This document shows positions 29,341 through 39,305 of a stretch of 64,000 nt of DNA, piece after piece. The notes below the pieces were generated by a model. That model was given only the letters and a program-made list of their open reading frames with translations, was not told where the DNA came from and did no database searches. Source of the stretch: an uncultured Gemmatimonadaceae bacterium (lineage in GTDB: Bacteria > Gemmatimonadota > Gemmatimonadetes > Gemmatimonadales > Gemmatimonadaceae); the NCBI GenBank assembly GCA_963761305.1, contig CAVXGK010000002.1, positions 3,296,001-3,360,000 of the forward strand. Reading direction: 5' to 3'. Both the position numbers and the translations under genes were made by a program. Position 1 is the first letter of the stretch; the number at the start of each line of letters is the position of its first letter.

Positions 29341-29625
29341 ATGAGCGCCCCCGGTTCACTCGATCCCGATTCGATCGTTACGCGGCGTCCCCGTCCCGCG
29401 CGTCTCGTCGACCGCCACGAGACTGGCGTCGTGCTGCTGGTCGCCGCATGGACGGCGGCATTCCTGGTCAGATCGCGGTTGGCGCAGTCCGACCGGCTGA
29501 CCGATCTCACGAACGAAGCCCTCCTGTCGCTCTTGTTCGTTGTCCCGATCATGTTCTTCGGCTGGGGCGCGCTGGTCGTCGCGGATCGGTGCTTCAAGTC
29601 GGGACGGTCTCGCGATCGTCGCTGA
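29341..29625 (+). CDS. Small hypothetical membrane protein
   Basis: Two hydrophobic segments; fills an intergenic gap. Confidence 0.4.
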   Translation: MSAPGSLDPDSIVTRRPRPARLVDRHETGVVLLVAAWTAAFLVRSRLAQSDRLTDLTNEALLSLLFVVPIMFFGWGALVVADRCFKSGRSRDRR

Positions 29626-29759
29626 TTCGCGGGAACGTCATCAGCCCAACGCTCGCGACGCGCCACACTCGCCGAGGCGTTCCTACGGCACGAAACTGGG
29701 CGTACATTTCCGCGCCAAGCAGTACGCCCACGTAGCTCCCCTCCAATAAGCCGGTCCCC

Positions 29760-32438
29760 GTGTCGAACGACGACGTTCTCACGCGACTGACGGCCTCGCT
29801 CGCCGATCGCTACCGCATCGACCGGGAGCTCGGCGCGGGTGGCATGGCGACGGTCTACCTCGCGCGCGACCTCAAGCACGACCGTGACGTCGCGATCAAG
29901 GCGCTGCATCCCGACCTCGGCGCCGCACTCGGTGGCGAGCGATTTCTCAGCGAGATCCGGACGACCGCGCGGCTGCAGCATCCGCATATCCTGCCCCTGC
30001 TCGACTCCGGAAGCGCCGACGGCCTGCTGTACTACGTGATGCCGCTCGTCACCGGGGAGACGTTGCGCGCGCGACTCGAGCGCGAAAAGCAACTGCCGGC
30101 GGACGACGCGATTCGCATCGCCGGCGAGGTCGCCGACGCGCTCGCGTACGCCCACGAGCTGGGCGTGATTCACCGCGACATCAAGCCCGAGAACGTTCTG
30201 CTGCAAGGTGGCCACGCGACCGTGGCCGACTTCGGGATCGCGCTCGCCGTACAGCAGGCGGGCGGCCATCGCATGACGCAGACGGGTCTCAGCCTCGGCA
30301 CGCCGCAGTACATGAGTCCCGAGCAGGCGATGGGCGAACGGACGATCGACGCGCGCAGCGATCTCTACGCGCTCGCCGCCGTCACGTACGAGATGCTCGT
30401 CGGCGAGCCGCCGTTCACGGGACCGACCGTGCAGGCCATCCTCGCGCGCGTGATGACGGAAGAGCCGCGTCCGATCGTCGTGCAGCGCAAGTCGATCCCG
30501 GATCACGTGGAATACGCGGTGATGCGCGGACTGGAAAAACTACCGGCCGATCGCTGGGGCTCGGCGCGCGAATTCGCGGCGGCGCTTCACGGCGGATCTT
30601 CGGCGTCGGCGGCACAAGTGCTGGCGACGTCGCGGCATCGCGCCGATGCGCGTGTTGAAAGGTCGTGGCGCGCGCGGCTGCGCGATCCGCTCGTCCTCGT
30701 GCTCGCCGCCGTCGCGGTCGCGAGCATGGCGTTCGCCGCCTGGGCGCGTACCAATGCACCGCGCCACGACGCGGACGTCGTACGATTCACGATCCCCGCG
30801 CTACAGAGTGAACAGGCGAACTCGCTGGGTTACAGCACGCTCGCGATTTCGCCGGATGGGCGGGCGGTCGTGTACATGGGGCTCGGGGACGACAAGCGGC
30901 AGCAGTTGATGTTGCGCACCCTCGACGACATCGTCGCGCGGCCGCTCCCCGAAACGAGCGACGGGGCAAATCCGGTCTTCTCCCCCGACGGCAAATCCGT
31001 CGCGTTCATCCGCAGCAACCGGATCTTCAAGGTCGCGCTCGACGGCACTCGCCCACAGTTGCTCGCCTCGGCGCCCGCCACATACGCCGGGATGACCTGG
31101 TTGGCGACGGGCGAGCTGGTCGTCTCCGGCAACGTGGCGCTCTATGCGATTCCGGAAGCTGGAGGTCAAGTCCGCGAGATCATGAAAGCGGACCACGCCG
31201 CCGGAGAGGTTTTTGTGAGCGCGCCGGTGATGGCGGGCGACGAGGGCCTTGTCCTCTATTCGTCGAACGCGAGCACGTCGATCGGCGGCGCAAAGATCGC
31301 GGTGGCGTCGCTGAAGACGGGCGAGCGCGTCATCTTCGACCTCGTCGGCGCGCAGGCACTCGGCGTCGTGAACGGTGTGCTTACGTACGTGACGGCCGGT
31401 GGTACGATCATGGGTGTTCCGATCGACATGCGGCGGAGGAAGCTCAGCGGGGCTCCGGTGCAGCTCGTGAGCGACGTCGCGATCAATACCACGACCGGGC
31501 TCGCACGGGCCTCTCTCGCGGCGAACGGGACGCTTCTGTATCAAAGCGGGACCCAGTCGTCGCAGGCGATAGCCGTAGGTCTCGACGGTAGCGCGCGCCC
31601 CTTGCTCGCCGAGTCGCGCGAGTATGCGTTTCCTCGTCTCTCTCCTGATGGCCGACGATTGGCGATCGCCGTTGGTGCGTCGGATCGTCGAGATGTGTGG
31701 CTGTTCGAACTGAATACGCAAACGATGACGCGGCTGACGAGCGAGGGCGCGTCGAACGACCGTCCGGAGTGGACGTCTGATGGCAAACGCGTGCTGTATC
31801 GCTCGGACCGGAGCAACCGCTCGGCGATCTGGACCCGTCCCGCCGATCTGAGCGCTGAGGCAACGCAGCTCGTCGGCGGCCCCAAGGTCGACATCTTCGA
31901 GGCGGTGATGTCGCCCGACATGCGCAACGTCGCCTATCAGCTCGATACGACCGGCGCGGACATTTTCTATCGCGCCGTGAGTGGCGACACGGCTCCGCAT
32001 GTCGTCTCCAACAACGACAAGGCGATCGAGACGATGCCGCGTCTGTCCCCCGACGGCCGGTGGGTCGCGTTCATCACCGATGAGTCGGGACGCAACGAGG
32101 TCGTCGTCCAACCGTTTCCCGGGCCAGGCGGTCGCGTACAAGTGTCGGCGGGAGGAGGTACAGAGCCGGTGTGGTCACGCGACGGTCGACGCCTGTTCTA
32201 CCGCGGCGACGGTCATCTGATGGCGGCGCGACTGGCACCGGGAGAGGCGTTCGCAGTTGTCGCGCGGGACACGCTGTTCGCCGACACGTACCAGTTCGCG
32301 GCGAATCCGCACGCGAATTACGATGTGATGGCGGACGGCGTGCACTTCATCTTTCTGAAAGCGGCGAGCGAAGGCAGCATGATCGTCGTCGCGAATTGGA
32401 AGGCGGTGGTGCAGTCGCGCATGGCGGCCAGCCGATGA
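29760..32438 (+). CDS. Hanks-type Ser/Thr kinase with TM and TolB/PD40 beta-propeller
   Basis: GAGGMATVY, VAIK, HRDIKPEN, DFG, GTPQYMSPEQ; multiple SPDG repeats. Confidence 0.95.
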   Translation: MSNDDVLTRLTASLADRYRIDRELGAGGMATVYLARDLKHDRDVAIKALHPDLGAALGGERFLSEIRTTARLQHPHILPLLDSGSADGLLYYVMPLVTGETLRARLEREKQLPADDAIRIAGEVADALAYAHELGVIHRDIKPENVLLQGGHATVADFGIALAVQQAGGHRMTQTGLSLGTPQYMSPEQAMGERTIDARSDLYALAAVTYEMLVGEPPFTGPTVQAILARVMTEEPRPIVVQRKSIPDHVEYAVMRGLEKLPADRWGSAREFAAALHGGSSASAAQVLATSRHRADARVERSWRARLRDPLVLVLAAVAVASMAFAAWARTNAPRHDADVVRFTIPALQSEQANSLGYSTLAISPDGRAVVYMGLGDDKRQQLMLRTLDDIVARPLPETSDGANPVFSPDGKSVAFIRSNRIFKVALDGTRPQLLASAPATYAGMTWLATGELVVSGNVALYAIPEAGGQVREIMKADHAAGEVFVSAPVMAGDEGLVLYSSNASTSIGGAKIAVASLKTGERVIFDLVGAQALGVVNGVLTYVTAGGTIMGVPIDMRRRKLSGAPVQLVSDVAINTTTGLARASLAANGTLLYQSGTQSSQAIAVGLDGSARPLLAESREYAFPRLSPDGRRLAIAVGASDRRDVWLFELNTQTMTRLTSEGASNDRPEWTSDGKRVLYRSDRSNRSAIWTRPADLSAEATQLVGGPKVDIFEAVMSPDMRNVAYQLDTTGADIFYRAVSGDTAPHVVSNNDKAIETMPRLSPDGRWVAFITDESGRNEVVVQPFPGPGGRVQVSAGGGTEPVWSRDGRRLFYRGDGHLMAARLAPGEAFAVVARDTLFADTYQFAANPHANYDVMADGVHFIFLKAASEGSMIVVANWKAVVQSRMAASR

Positions 32439-33856
32439 CCGCTCCGCTTCGCGATCCGAGACCGGCCAAGGACGATCCCACGATCGCCGCGCGGCTCCGC
32501 GCCCACCGGACACTGTCGGCGGCACCGCAGGCGGAGCTCGATTGGTTGATCGAACGCGGCACGCTCGGCCACTGGTTGCCCGGCGACCAAGTGGTGATCA
32601 AGGGCGAGCCCGTGAACTTGCTCTTCTTCGTTCTCACGGGGCGCCTGTCCGCTCTGGCCAACATCGGCGGTACGTGGCGCAAGGTGATGGACTGGCGTGA
32701 CGGCGACGCCACGGGAATGTACCCGTACTCCCGGGTCTCGATCTCGTCGGGAGGCTCCGCGGTCGACGAGCGGACCGAAGTGATGTCCATCGACCGCGCG
32801 AACGTGGATCAGATGCCTGTGGTGTGTCCGCACGTGACCGCAGCGCTCGTGCACTTGATGATCGACCGCGCGCGCACGTTCAAAGCGAGCGATCTCGAGG
32901 GCGAGAAGGTGGCCTCGTTGGGGCGCGTCGCCGCCGGTCTCGCCCATGAACTGAACAATCCGGCGTCGGCCGCGACGCGCGGGGCGAAGCTCTTTGGCGA
33001 TGCGATTGCCGACGCCGAGGGCGCGGCCCACGCCGTCGGCACGGCACGGTTCACCGAGTCCGAGCTGGCGGCTCTCGAGCGTGCGCGCGCGAGCTGCGTC
33101 CAGATTCACGCGGCGAACTCCGCCTCGCCGCTCGATCGCGCCGATCGAGAAGAGACGATCGCCGATTGGCTCGCGCAGCACGACATCGACGACCGCGGCG
33201 CCGGGACACTCGCCGAGACGGCCGTGACCACCGCGACGCTCGACGACTTGGCGCGGGTGCTCTCGAGCGACAAGCTTGGCGCCGCGGTACGGCTGATGGT
33301 GACGGGCTGCTACGCGCGCGGGTTGGCCCGCGACGTCGAGCGCGCGTCGGGACGCGTGCACGAATTGGTGAGCGCCGTGAAGCGGATGTCGTACATGGAT
33401 CGCGCGGCGACGCCGGAGCCGGTGGACTTGCGTCAGGGACTCGCCGACACGTCCGCGATATTGGCGCACAAGGCGCGGACGAAGTCGGCGTCGCTGACCG
33501 TGGACGCGCCGGACGACCTCGCGCCCGCACTCGGCATCGGCGGCGAGCTGAATCAGGTGTGGATGAACCTGATCGACAACGCGCTTGATGCAGTGGGCGA
33601 CGGCGGCCGCGTCACGGTGAGCGCGCGCGCCGAAGGTCCGAGTGTCGTCGTGCGGGTGACCGACGACGGCCCGGGAATCCCCGACGACATCAAGCGCCGC
33701 ATCTTCGATCCGTTCTTCACGACTAAGCCCGTGGGGCAGGGCACTGGCATGGGGCTCGATATCGCCCGCCGGCTGGTCGAGTCGAACAATGGACGCCTCG
33801 ATTTCGAGTCTCGGCCAGGCAACACCGAATTCAGGGTCGCGCTCCCGGTTACCTAG
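32435..33856 (+). CDS. Cytoplasmic sensor histidine kinase with cNMP-binding-like N-terminal domain
   Basis: AHELNNP, NQVWMNLIDNA, DDGPGIP, GTGMGL; ATGA overlap with the kinase stop. Confidence 0.9.
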   Translation: MTAPLRDPRPAKDDPTIAARLRAHRTLSAAPQAELDWLIERGTLGHWLPGDQVVIKGEPVNLLFFVLTGRLSALANIGGTWRKVMDWRDGDATGMYPYSRVSISSGGSAVDERTEVMSIDRANVDQMPVVCPHVTAALVHLMIDRARTFKASDLEGEKVASLGRVAAGLAHELNNPASAATRGAKLFGDAIADAEGAAHAVGTARFTESELAALERARASCVQIHAANSASPLDRADREETIADWLAQHDIDDRGAGTLAETAVTTATLDDLARVLSSDKLGAAVRLMVTGCYARGLARDVERASGRVHELVSAVKRMSYMDRAATPEPVDLRQGLADTSAILAHKARTKSASLTVDAPDDLAPALGIGGELNQVWMNLIDNALDAVGDGGRVTVSARAEGPSVVVRVTDDGPGIPDDIKRRIFDPFFTTKPVGQGTGMGLDIARRLVESNNGRLDFESRPGNTEFRVALPVT

Positions 33857-33943
33857 CGCGCACGCCGTTGCCGCCATTCCCGTGCGCCCTCATATTCGCG
33901 TTTCCCCCTCTTCGCCGACGCCGGCGCCTTCCAGCAGAATCTC

Positions 33944-36670
33944 ATGTCCGATCCAGGCTCCGGCCTCGCCGATCGCTATCGCATAGATCGCGAGATCGGC
34001 CGCGGCGGGATGGCGAGCGTGTTTCTCGCCCACGACATCCGCCACGATCGCGACGTCGCGATCAAGGTGCTGCATCCCGATCTCGCCGCCGCACTCGGCG
34101 GCGACCGTTTTCTGGCCGAGATCAAGACCACCGCGCGCCTTCAGCATCCGCACATTCTCCCGCTGCTCGACTCGGGCACGGCGCGCGCTGAAGAAAATGA
34201 CGAGTTTGCCGCGTTCGTCGGCGCCGGATCGTCCTTGTATTACGTCATGCCGTACGTCGCCGGTGAGACGTTGCGCGCTCGGCTCGACCGCGAACGTCAG
34301 CTTCCGATCGACGACGCGCTGCGCATCGCGCGCGAGGTCGCCGACGCCCTCGAGTATGCGCATCGACTCGGCGTGATTCATCGCGACATCAAGCCCGAGA
34401 ACATTCTGCTCCAGGGTGGTCACGCGCTCGTCGCCGACTTCGGCATCGCGCTCGCCGTGCAGACGGCCGGTGGCGCTCGCATGACGCAGACGGGTCTTTC
34501 ACTCGGCACGCCGCAGTACATGTCGCCCGAGCAGGCGATGGGCGAGCGCACGATCGACGCGCGGAGCGATATCTACGCGCTGGGTGCCGTCACTTACGAG
34601 ATGCTCGCCGGCGATCCACCGTTCACCGGCTCGAGCGTGCAGGCGATCGTCGCGAAGGTGATCAGCGAGAAGCCGACGTCACTGCGAACGCTGCGCGACA
34701 CCGTGCCGTTGCCCGTGGAGCACGCGGTGCTCACCGCGCTGGCGAAGCTGCCTGCCGATCGGTTTGCGACGGCCGCCGAGTTCGCGACGGCACTCACGTC
34801 GCCGACGGCCGAGCGCGCGGGGTGGTCGAGTGCGGCGCCGGCGCGAAGGTCGCCTGCTGTCGCGCCGCTCGCCGCCGCGCTCATCGTTGCGGTCGCGCTC
34901 GCGGCGTGGGGTTGGTTCCGGCCCGCGGCACAAGCCGCGCCCGTCACGCGCGTTGCGGTAGCGCTGCCGGCGGGCCAGGCGATCGAGCCGCAGTATTGGG
35001 GATTCAGCTTCGATCTCTCGCCAGACGGAAAACGACTCGCCTACGTCGGTCCGGGACCGACGAAGGGAACGAGCCAAGTCTGGATTCGTCCGTTGGACGC
35101 GCTCGACGCGACGGCCGTCGCGGGTACGACGGGCGCCATTGGTGTGCAGTGGTCGCCGGACATGCAGTCGCTCCTAGTGATGACCTCGCGACCCAACAGC
35201 CGCGTCGTGTCCGTGAACGGTGGACCGGTCGTTTCGTTACCCAACATCTGGGACGCGAGTTGGGGCCCGGATGGCCGGATCTACTCGGACTCGAAGGACG
35301 CCAACATTGTCCGACGAACGGTCGGTGGAGCGGTGGACACGCTGTTCCGTGGCGACACCGGCTTCATTCTTGGCCATCCTAGCGCGTTGCCGAACGGCAC
35401 CGGCGCGCTGTTCGCGCGCGTGACGAAGCATCAGGACGAGGCGTCGCGAAGCGAGATCGTCGGCGTCTCGTTCGCAACCGGAGAGACCACGGTGGTCGGT
35501 CTGGGGGTGTGGGCGCGCGTCCTCAAATCCGGGACGTTGGTCTACGCATCCGCCGAAGGCACGATGTTCACCGCGCGGTTCGATCAATCGTCATTCAAGG
35601 TCACTGGACCCGCGGTGCCGTTCGCGCACGTCGCGATGGGCGCCAACGCCGGGCGGTCGTACCCGGCGATCAGCGTGGCGGACGAGGGAACGTTCGTCTA
35701 TCTCGCCGGCAACCTGCAGCGCCAGCGCATCGCGTGGCTCGACCCGGCCGGGCGCCTCGTGAGTCGCCTGCCCATTGAGGGTGACGTCTGGGGCCTCGCG
35801 CTCTCGCCGGACGCCACGCGGCTCGCGTACACGCTGCGCGCCGACACCCGCGACCCTCGAGCCGCCGCGCGTGGCACCGGCGACGCCTGGGTCATGGACC
35901 TCAAGACCGGCGCGACCACTCGTCTTACGAGCGAGTGGTTCAGCCCACGGCCCAGCTGGTCGCCGGATGGCAAGTCGGTCCTGTACACGCGCGTCGGCGG
36001 CCCCGAGAACCAGGGACTCTACGAGCGCCCAGCCGATGCGTCCGACCCCGAGCGTCTGGTACTTTCGATGAAACAGTTCGGGCACTCCGTCGGCGACGGG
36101 CGCTGGCTGCCGGATCACAAGACACTCATCGTGCGCACCTATCTCGACGACGTGTGTGTAAAGTGCGGAGGCGCCGCGCCGGCGAGCTTGTCGAACCTCT
36201 ACTCGGCCACCGAAGGCGGCGCCGGCCAGCCGTTCGTCGTCAACTCGGCGACCAAGAGCGTGGCGGAGCCGTCGCCGGATGGAGCGCTCATCGCCTATCT
36301 GTCCGACGAAACCGGCATTGACGAGCTGTACGTGCAGCGCTTTCCGGGCGGCGGCGAGCGGCTGCTCGTCTCCAAGGGAGGCGGCTCGCCCGCGCGGTGG
36401 TCCCGCGATGGGCGCGCCCTGTGGTTCTTCGATCAACGTGGGATGCTGATGGTGGCGTCGATCGCGTCGCGGCCGACGTTGGCGGTGACGGCAATGCGGG
36501 AAATTCGAACCGACGTCACCCCGGTCGGCGCGCGCGGTGGCCGCGCGAACTACACGTTCGACGTCGCACCGGACGGAAGAATCATCGTCACGGAGGACGT
36601 CGAGCGAGCCTTCGATCTCGTGCTGGTGCGCAACGGAATGATCGACGTGGGGAAGGCGGCGATCAAATGA
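33944..36670 (+). CDS. Hanks-type Ser/Thr kinase with TM and TolB/PD40 beta-propeller
   Basis: All kinase motifs intact; SPDG repeats. Confidence 0.95.
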   Translation: MSDPGSGLADRYRIDREIGRGGMASVFLAHDIRHDRDVAIKVLHPDLAAALGGDRFLAEIKTTARLQHPHILPLLDSGTARAEENDEFAAFVGAGSSLYYVMPYVAGETLRARLDRERQLPIDDALRIAREVADALEYAHRLGVIHRDIKPENILLQGGHALVADFGIALAVQTAGGARMTQTGLSLGTPQYMSPEQAMGERTIDARSDIYALGAVTYEMLAGDPPFTGSSVQAIVAKVISEKPTSLRTLRDTVPLPVEHAVLTALAKLPADRFATAAEFATALTSPTAERAGWSSAAPARRSPAVAPLAAALIVAVALAAWGWFRPAAQAAPVTRVAVALPAGQAIEPQYWGFSFDLSPDGKRLAYVGPGPTKGTSQVWIRPLDALDATAVAGTTGAIGVQWSPDMQSLLVMTSRPNSRVVSVNGGPVVSLPNIWDASWGPDGRIYSDSKDANIVRRTVGGAVDTLFRGDTGFILGHPSALPNGTGALFARVTKHQDEASRSEIVGVSFATGETTVVGLGVWARVLKSGTLVYASAEGTMFTARFDQSSFKVTGPAVPFAHVAMGANAGRSYPAISVADEGTFVYLAGNLQRQRIAWLDPAGRLVSRLPIEGDVWGLALSPDATRLAYTLRADTRDPRAAARGTGDAWVMDLKTGATTRLTSEWFSPRPSWSPDGKSVLYTRVGGPENQGLYERPADASDPERLVLSMKQFGHSVGDGRWLPDHKTLIVRTYLDDVCVKCGGAAPASLSNLYSATEGGAGQPFVVNSATKSVAEPSPDGALIAYLSDETGIDELYVQRFPGGGERLLVSKGGGSPARWSRDGRALWFFDQRGMLMVASIASRPTLAVTAMREIRTDVTPVGARGGRANYTFDVAPDGRIIVTEDVERAFDLVLVRNGMIDVGKAAIK

Positions 36671-39288
36671 CCATCGCTCCGTTCTCGGCGGCCCTGGCGG
36701 ACCGCTATCGCATCGAGCGAGAGCTGGGGAGCGGCGGCATGGCGACCGTCTACCTGGCCCACGATCTCAAACACGACCGCGACGTCGCGATCAAAGTCCT
36801 GCATCCGGACCTTGGCGCCGCGCTCGGCGCCGAGCGATTCCTGAGCGAGATCAAGACGACCGCGAAACTGCAACATCCACACATTCTGCCGCTGCTCGAC
36901 TCGGGCGACGCCGGTGGACTGTTGTACTACGTCATGCCGCTCGCCAGCGGCGAGACGCTGCACGACCGTCTCACACGCGAGCGGCAGCTTCCGATCGACG
37001 ACGCGCTACGCATCGCGCGCGAAGTCGCTGACGCGCTCGGTGCCGCGCACGCCCTGGGGATCGTGCATCGCGACATCAAGCCTGAGAACATCCTGCTGCA
37101 GAGCGGACACGCGCTCGTCGCCGACTTCGGCATCGCGCTCGCCGTGCAGACGGCCAGCGGCGCGCGCATGACGCAGACGGGCCTCTCACTCGGCACGCCG
37201 CAATACATGTCGCCCGAGCAGGCGATGGGCGAACGCGCGATCGACGCGCGGAGCGACATCTATTCGCTCGGCGCCGTGACGTACGAGATGCTCACCGGCG
37301 ATCCGCCGTTCAGCGGATCGAGCGTGCAGGCGATCGTCGCGAAAGTGTTGACCGAGAAGCCCACGCCGCCGAGCGTCGTGCGCGACACAGTTGGTGCGGG
37401 CGTGGAGTACGCGGTGCTCAAGAGTCTCGCGAAACTTCCGGCCGATCGATACGCGAGCGCCGCCGAGTTTTCCGCGGCGCTCGCCGATCGTGGGGCGCCG
37501 GCGTCGTTCGGTGCAGCGGTCGACCACCGCGCGAAGCGTGCATGGTGGCAACAGCCCGCGTTCGTCGGACTTGCTCTCGTGGCCATTTCACTGGCCGTGA
37601 GCGCGGCGATGCTCGCGCGACGAGGGAGCGACGACGCGTTTCCGGTGCGGTTCGAGCTCTCGTCCGACGCGCAGAACCCAGTCGGCGAGGGCGTGCTCAC
37701 GCGCGACGGTCACATGCTCGTCTACGTCGGCCAATCGGCGAATGTGCGCGCGCTGTTCATTCACCGTCTCGATCAACTGGAGTCGAGAGAGATTTCCGGC
37801 ACCGACGGCCTCGTGCCCTTCGGAGCGCCCGCCCTTTCGCCCGACGCGAAGTGGGTCGCGTTCATTGCGAATCGACGCAAGTTGATGAAGGTGCCGATCG
37901 ACGGAGGCACGCCGACCCCGCTCGTCGACGTCGCCGATTATGGCGGCGTCGACTGGGCGCCGGACGGCGACATCGTGTTCGGCCCCGGTGTTTTGGAAGG
38001 CGGCGGAGGTCTCTTGCGCGTGAAATCGGCGGGCGGCCCGGTCGCGCCACTGACGAAGGTAGATCCTGCGCAAAAGGAGCTGAGCCATCAGTGGCCGCAG
38101 GTTCTCGCGGATGGCAAGACCGTGCTGTTCACGATCTGGTTTGGGACGCCAGAACAGGCGAAGCTCGCGGCGGTGTCGCTCGACGACGGCAAGGTGACGC
38201 GGCTCGGCATCACCGGCGGGAAAGCGCTCGGCGTCGTCGACGGCCAGCTCGTGTTTCTGAACGCCGATGGTGGCATCATGGCGATACCGTTCGATGTGAG
38301 CGCGTTGCGTGCGACTGGCAGCGCGATTCCCGTCGAAGGTCCCGTCCGCAACGAGAGCGCTGGCGCGGGCGGCGCCTTCCTCGGCCTCGATGGGAGCCTC
38401 GTTTTCTTGCACGGCGCCTCCAACCGGCGGCTCGTTTGGGTCGATCGAAGCGGCGTAGCGAAACCGGCGGTCGACGCGCAACGCGAGTTTCAGTTCGCGC
38501 GCCTGTCGCCGGACGGACGACGCGTTGCCGCGACGATTTCCACCGGAACGAAGACGGACCTCTGGACGATCGATCTCGCCGCCGGGACGCTCACGCCGCT
38601 GACCACGACGGGGCGGGTGAGAAACCCGGTGTGGTCGCCCGACGGTCGTCGCGTGCTGTACGCCTCGACGCACGGCGGTCGCGCGGCCTTTTGGTGGCAG
38701 CCGGCGGACGGCAGCGGTCCGCCGGTGCTGGCGGCCGAGCCGCCGCACAACCCGTGGAACATCGATCTGTCGCCTGACGGACGCACCGTCATCGACAACT
38801 CGCTCTACAACGGCTCGTTCAATCTCGAAGCCATCTCACTCGACTCGACGCACGCGACGCGCGAGCTCGCCGCCTCGCCCACGGCGACCGAGGGGCGCGG
38901 CTGGTTTTCTCCCGACGGGCGGTGGATCGCCTACAACTCCGACGAGTCGGGGCAAGTCGAGGTCTACGTTCGACCGTTCGCCGACTCCGGCGGCCGCGTG
39001 CAGATCTCGACCGGCGGCGGCGTGCATCCCGTGTGGTCGCCGGACGGGGATCACGTCTACTATTGGCAAGCCAGCCGCTTGATATCGGCGACGCTGGCTC
39101 GCGCACCCTCACTGCATGTCGTGTCGCGAGAGCAGCTCTTCGAGGGACGCTACCGGCCGGAGTTCGACATCTCGCACGACGGAACGCGGTTCTTGATGAT
39201 CGAGTCGCAGAGCTCTGGGCTCAAGCTCGTGGTGATTCCGAATTGGGGGACCGAGCTTCGTCGACTGACGACCAAGGGCGCACAGTAA
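36667..39288 (+). CDS. Hanks-type Ser/Thr kinase with TM and TolB/PD40 beta-propeller
   Basis: All kinase motifs intact; ATGA overlap with the previous kinase. Confidence 0.95.
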   Translation: MTIAPFSAALADRYRIERELGSGGMATVYLAHDLKHDRDVAIKVLHPDLGAALGAERFLSEIKTTAKLQHPHILPLLDSGDAGGLLYYVMPLASGETLHDRLTRERQLPIDDALRIAREVADALGAAHALGIVHRDIKPENILLQSGHALVADFGIALAVQTASGARMTQTGLSLGTPQYMSPEQAMGERAIDARSDIYSLGAVTYEMLTGDPPFSGSSVQAIVAKVLTEKPTPPSVVRDTVGAGVEYAVLKSLAKLPADRYASAAEFSAALADRGAPASFGAAVDHRAKRAWWQQPAFVGLALVAISLAVSAAMLARRGSDDAFPVRFELSSDAQNPVGEGVLTRDGHMLVYVGQSANVRALFIHRLDQLESREISGTDGLVPFGAPALSPDAKWVAFIANRRKLMKVPIDGGTPTPLVDVADYGGVDWAPDGDIVFGPGVLEGGGGLLRVKSAGGPVAPLTKVDPAQKELSHQWPQVLADGKTVLFTIWFGTPEQAKLAAVSLDDGKVTRLGITGGKALGVVDGQLVFLNADGGIMAIPFDVSALRATGSAIPVEGPVRNESAGAGGAFLGLDGSLVFLHGASNRRLVWVDRSGVAKPAVDAQREFQFARLSPDGRRVAATISTGTKTDLWTIDLAAGTLTPLTTTGRVRNPVWSPDGRRVLYASTHGGRAAFWWQPADGSGPPVLAAEPPHNPWNIDLSPDGRTVIDNSLYNGSFNLEAISLDSTHATRELAASPTATEGRGWFSPDGRWIAYNSDESGQVEVYVRPFADSGGRVQISTGGGVHPVWSPDGDHVYYWQASRLISATLARAPSLHVVSREQLFEGRYRPEFDISHDGTRFLMIESQSSGLKLVVIPNWGTELRRLTTKGAQ

Positions 39289-39305
39289 GAATCGCCCGCG
39301 CGCGA

